From assembly GCA_977020255.1 (NCBI GenBank), contig CDROCS010000253.1:4278001-4342000 (forward strand): a DNA stretch of 64,000 nt, read 5' to 3'. Made by a program: the position numbers and the translations under genes. This document shows positions 60,680 to 64,000 of the stretch, piece after piece; position 1 is the stretch's first letter; each line of letters begins with the position of its first letter. Source of the stretch: Obrimoposthia wandeli (Eukaryota). The notes below the pieces were generated by a model that saw only the letters and a program-made list of their open reading frames with translations, was not told the origin of the DNA and did not search any database.

Positions 60680-61066
60680 TTAAGCAGCCTTAGTTAACTC
60701 TTGCAAATGTTTAACCACATCATTTGACTCATATAACCATTGAACTTGGCCATCTTCTTTTTCAATACGTAAACAAGGTACTTTACGTTTACCGCCCTCA
60801 CGAATAAGCTCTTCACGAAAGTCATTTTTACCGCTGATATCTCGTAGTTCTATTTTCAAACCTTCACGCTTCATTGTACGACGGACTTTCACGCAAAATG
60901 GACACGATGGTAGTTGATACAAGCTTAATGTTTGTGTTTTATCATCAATTTTAGCTTGTTCATCTATGGCTCGTTTAGGTGAACGCGGTGAAAATATAAA
61001 GTTTAGTAATAAAATTAGTTGCCCTATTGGCCAACGGATAGCTTTCATCAACATAATAAATAACAA
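60680..61066 (-). CDS. Glutaredoxin-family protein
   Basis: LYQLPSCPFCVKVR, GGKRKVPCLRI, LYESNDV. Confidence 0.9.
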   Translation of the reverse strand: MLFIMLMKAIRWPIGQLILLLNFIFSPRSPKRAIDEQAKIDDKTQTLSLYQLPSCPFCVKVRRTMKREGLKIELRDISGKNDFREELIREGGKRKVPCLRIEKEDGQVQWLYESNDVVKHLQELTKAA

Positions 61067-61265
61067 CTCTTGTTAATCAAATAAATCTAAAACAAGCTAA
61101 CACTTTGCTTATGTTAGCTATTGTAGTAGCGTTAATATTATTGGTGCTTTCAACACCAAATTTTTCGATATTCTAGCACGTTAAGCGAACATTTATTCGC
61201 CTGTTATTTACCGCAGTAAATAATTTACCGAAACAACCTATCGAAAATATTTACTGCAATACCGG

Positions 61266-61817
61266 CTACCACATCAAATCATCTGGAATTTGATAATCGG
61301 CGTACGGATCATTTTCATCGGTTTCTTCAGCATCAACTTTATCGTTCTGGACCAGTATGATGTTATTGTCCAACTCAGCTACTTTGGCTGCCGTCTCGCT
61401 GGTAACAAGATAGGTAGTTTCATTTAAACCACACAATGCCAAGCGGCCATTTACTAATGCTTTATGGGTGATAGTATTTAACGCTAATTTTTTAACTTTA
61501 GTACCAAAGGTGTAGTTATATTCACTTTCACCTTTAACACCTGTTATTTGATGATGCTCAAGAATTTGATTGATACGTAATTGTTGCTCTTTGTTGGCAA
61601 CCTCATTATTTTTAACCTCATTAAGCGCACTATCTTTAGCCAATTTATCTGCTTTAGAAACCGCTAAGTCTTTTTTTACCTGCTGTTGTAAACTTGCACC
61701 ATGCTCAACACCACTGCGCTGTTGTTTGTTTTTCTTACGAGTGTCAGCATTGGCTTGACGTGCTTTTTGTTTGGTGGTTAATCCTGCTTTGAGCAATTGT
61801 TCTTGAAGAGAGGCCAT
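61266..61817 (-). CDS. DUF2058 (YaiL-like) protein
   Basis: MASLQEQLLKAGL, YNYTFG, DPYADYQIPDDLMW. Confidence 0.88.
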   Translation of the reverse strand: MASLQEQLLKAGLTTKQKARQANADTRKKNKQQRSGVEHGASLQQQVKKDLAVSKADKLAKDSALNEVKNNEVANKEQQLRINQILEHHQITGVKGESEYNYTFGTKVKKLALNTITHKALVNGRLALCGLNETTYLVTSETAAKVAELDNNIILVQNDKVDAEETDENDPYADYQIPDDLMW

Positions 61818-61897
61818 CGGTAATCCTTACAGCGTTAGTACGATATGAATACGGTATCAGTACAATAGGTGAATCCAAATTGGCGCTATTCTACCTA

Positions 61898-62095
61898 TAT
61901 ACCCGTTACCATTCAAGATGCAGGTTTCAGAGTGCTTGAGCAATTTCAATTCAAGGCGCTGTGATGAAACAATGCTTGTTCAGGAGAATACATCTCCTGC
62001 ATTATCTAATAGCACCATTCATGTAGCGTCATTATAAGTCGCAGCAACGATGAAGTGATGTTGCTCAAGTGCTTCTTTAATGGGTAACGGGTATA
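61898..62095. mobile_element. ERIC-like MITE, 198 bp
   Basis: TATACCCGTTACCATTCAAG ... TTTAATGGGTAACGGGTATA; inner arms CTTGAGCAA/TTGCTCAAG; shares AAGATGCAGGTTTCAG with 23956. Confidence 0.78.
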
Positions 62096-62404
62096 TTTGA
62101 GTTGGAGTGGAGTCTACAATGCAATAGCTAATTTTTCATCAAGAGTAATACGGATACTTGACCCACATTGCTAAAGTTAATGCGTCACTTTCTTTTAGTT
62201 ATCGTTTGTAACGTAGGCTGTACATAAAAGAAAGACTACCTCGCAAGTTTTACTTTTTTAAATACACTACACTATAGATAAAACCAATAAATTCAATAAC
62301 TAATAAATAAATTACCTTTAGCTGACTTTCAATTATTAATTAAATGCGTTATTGTACGTCCGCTCAATTATAAATATTTTACAATACAGAAATAGGAAAG
62401 AAGT

Positions 62405-62683
62405 ATGTCTCAAGCAAGCGCACGCCACCTTTTAGTGGATACAGAAGAAAAATGTTTAGCTTTAAAAGCAGAAATTGAAGCAGGTAAAGACTTTGCTGAA
62501 GTGGCTAAGGAGCACTCTAACTGCCCATCAAAAGCCCAAGGTGGTGATTTAGGTAGCTTTGGTCCTGGTCAAATGGTTCCTGAATTTGATAAAGTTGTTT
62601 TTTCAGCGCCTTTAAATACAGTACAAGGCCCTGTACAAACTCAGTTTGGTTATCACTTATTAGAAGTTACTGCACGTAACTAA
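62405..62683 (+). CDS. ppiC: Parvulin peptidyl-prolyl isomerase
   Basis: ASARHLLV, HSNCPSKAQGGDLGSFGPGQMVPEFD, GPVQTQFGYHLL. Confidence 0.96.
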   Translation: MSQASARHLLVDTEEKCLALKAEIEAGKDFAEVAKEHSNCPSKAQGGDLGSFGPGQMVPEFDKVVFSAPLNTVQGPVQTQFGYHLLEVTARN

Positions 62684-62747
62684 ATTAAGTTAGATAAAAA
62701 GCTATTTAATCGAAGTACTCTAGAAGTTGTGATTAAATAAAGAAAAT

Positions 62748-62777
62748 AAAAAAGCCGCAACACGTTGCGGCTTTTTT
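62748..62777. terminator. Bidirectional terminator
   Basis: AAAAAAGCCGCAAC-ac-GTTGCGGCTTTTTT. Confidence 0.85.
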
Positions 62778-62802
62778 GACTCTGCTTTTTACAAAGTATC
62801 GA

Positions 62803-63996
62803 CTAACTAAACGATGCTTGCATAAGCCAGAAGAAAATAATTGATAAACCAGCACCTACCGGTAAGGTAATAACCCAAGAAACAACGATGTTACGTACAA
62901 CACCTAAGTTTATTGCAGCAATACCACGTGCCATACCTACACCTAACACAGCACCAACGAGGGTTTGTGTTGTTGAGATAGGTAAACCGGCACCAGAAGC
63001 AATAACAACAGTACTGGCTGCAGCTAATTCAGCAGCAAAACCACGACTTGGCGTTAAATGGGTAATACCTTGGCCGATAGTTGCAATAACTTTATGACCA
63101 AATAAGGCTAGACCGGCAACAATACCAAAGCCACCTAATGGTAATATCCACCAAGCTATGGCTGATTTAGCAGCAATCTGACCATCATGTTCAACAATAC
63201 TTACCACGGCAGCAAGTGGCCCAATGGCATTAGCAACATCATTTGAGCCATGGGCAAACGCCATTGCACAAGCGGTAACAATCATAAGTACAGCAAATAC
63301 TTTTTCTACGTTAACGTAATGTGCTTCTTTGGCAAGATTCTCATCAAATTTTAAACGACTAATAAAGAACTTACCAATAACCGCAACGATAACAGCGACA
63401 ATAGTGGCTAAGTAAAAACCACCTGCGCCTTTAATTTCAAAATTAACAAAGCCTAAATCAATATTTTCTAAGCCAATATGCTTTAGGCCTTTTTTGATAG
63501 TAACTAATGATAATACAAAACCCGCAAGGAACATATAAGCAGGAACCCAGCGTTTAGCTTGCTGTAGAGGTTTATCAGTATCAAAAATAAGCTTTTGCGC
63601 ACTGTTAAAAATAATAAAGGCGATAACACCTGAGATTAGCGGTGTAATAATCCAGCTACCAACAATACCAACTACCTTGCCCCACTCAACAGCATCAGTA
63701 CTAACACCAACAGCAGCAAAACCAACGATAGCACCAACAATTGAATGGGTAGTCGATACCGGCCAACCTAAAGCTGAAGCGATTAATAACCAAGTAGCGG
63801 CAGCAAAAAGTGCTGAGATCATGCCGTAAACAAGTAGTTCAGGGCTGTCGATAAAGTAACTGGCATCAATAATGCCTTTACGTATAGTTGAAGTTACTTC
63901 GCCACCAGCAAGGTAAGCGCCTGCAAATTCAAAAACCATTGCAATAATAATGGCTTGTTTAATTGTTAATGCTTTAGAGCCAACAGAGGTTCCCAT
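62803..63996 (-). CDS. PiT-family inorganic phosphate transporter (5' truncated by window edge)
   Basis: MGTSVGS, PVSTTHSIVG, AHGSNDVANAIGP, PISTTQ; first GANDVAN motif lies beyond base 64000. Confidence 0.92.
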   Translation of the reverse strand: MGTSVGSKALTIKQAIIIAMVFEFAGAYLAGGEVTSTIRKGIIDASYFIDSPELLVYGMISALFAAATWLLIASALGWPVSTTHSIVGAIVGFAAVGVSTDAVEWGKVVGIVGSWIITPLISGVIAFIIFNSAQKLIFDTDKPLQQAKRWVPAYMFLAGFVLSLVTIKKGLKHIGLENIDLGFVNFEIKGAGGFYLATIVAVIVAVIGKFFISRLKFDENLAKEAHYVNVEKVFAVLMIVTACAMAFAHGSNDVANAIGPLAAVVSIVEHDGQIAAKSAIAWWILPLGGFGIVAGLALFGHKVIATIGQGITHLTPSRGFAAELAAASTVVIASGAGLPISTTQTLVGAVLGVGMARGIAAINLGVVRNIVVSWVITLPVGAGLSIIFFWLMQASFS

Positions 63997-64000
63997 CGCA

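Noticed and set aside
1-64000. CRISPR array, tRNA/rRNA, prophage, defence island or known riboswitch
   Set aside because: No regular repeat-spacer array, cloverleaf, phage or defence genes, or recognisable aptamer; an Rfam scan would be needed to exclude riboswitches fully

Overview
AT-rich marine gammaproteobacterial chromosome segment; gene content and protein style suggest Colwellia/Alteromonadales (inference). About 50 CDS, no rRNA, tRNA or CRISPR array seen. Core blocks: fumA-pabB-nudL-sdaA, purU, thyA-lgt-tauE-ptsP-rppH-mutH, msrPQ, ppiC, Pit transporter. Main leads: (1) a PcaR-controlled pcaIJ-aminotransferase-pcaF cluster with no ring-cleavage genes whose aminotransferase looks beta-amino-acid specific, plus a nearby KamA-family radical-SAM aminomutase with an apparent Asp-to-Arg swap in the substrate pocket; together they suggest a 2-aminoadipate to 3-aminoadipate to 3-oxoadipate route (hypothesis); (2) a Fur-boxed locus with a heme-type TonB receptor divergent from MotA-like, DUF2149 and an exported membrane-anchored CobN-like protein, resembling the Bacteroidetes Hmu dechelatase system; (3) a hemerythrin-NIT-HAMP-GGDEF cyclase split by one extra base; (4) a porin + Cys periplasmic protein + orphan kinase operon; (5) ERIC-like and ATACCAA-ended MITEs, and a decayed IS4 inserted in a terminator hairpin with a 10-bp duplication. 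All alignments were done by eye from remembered family motifs; no searches were run.
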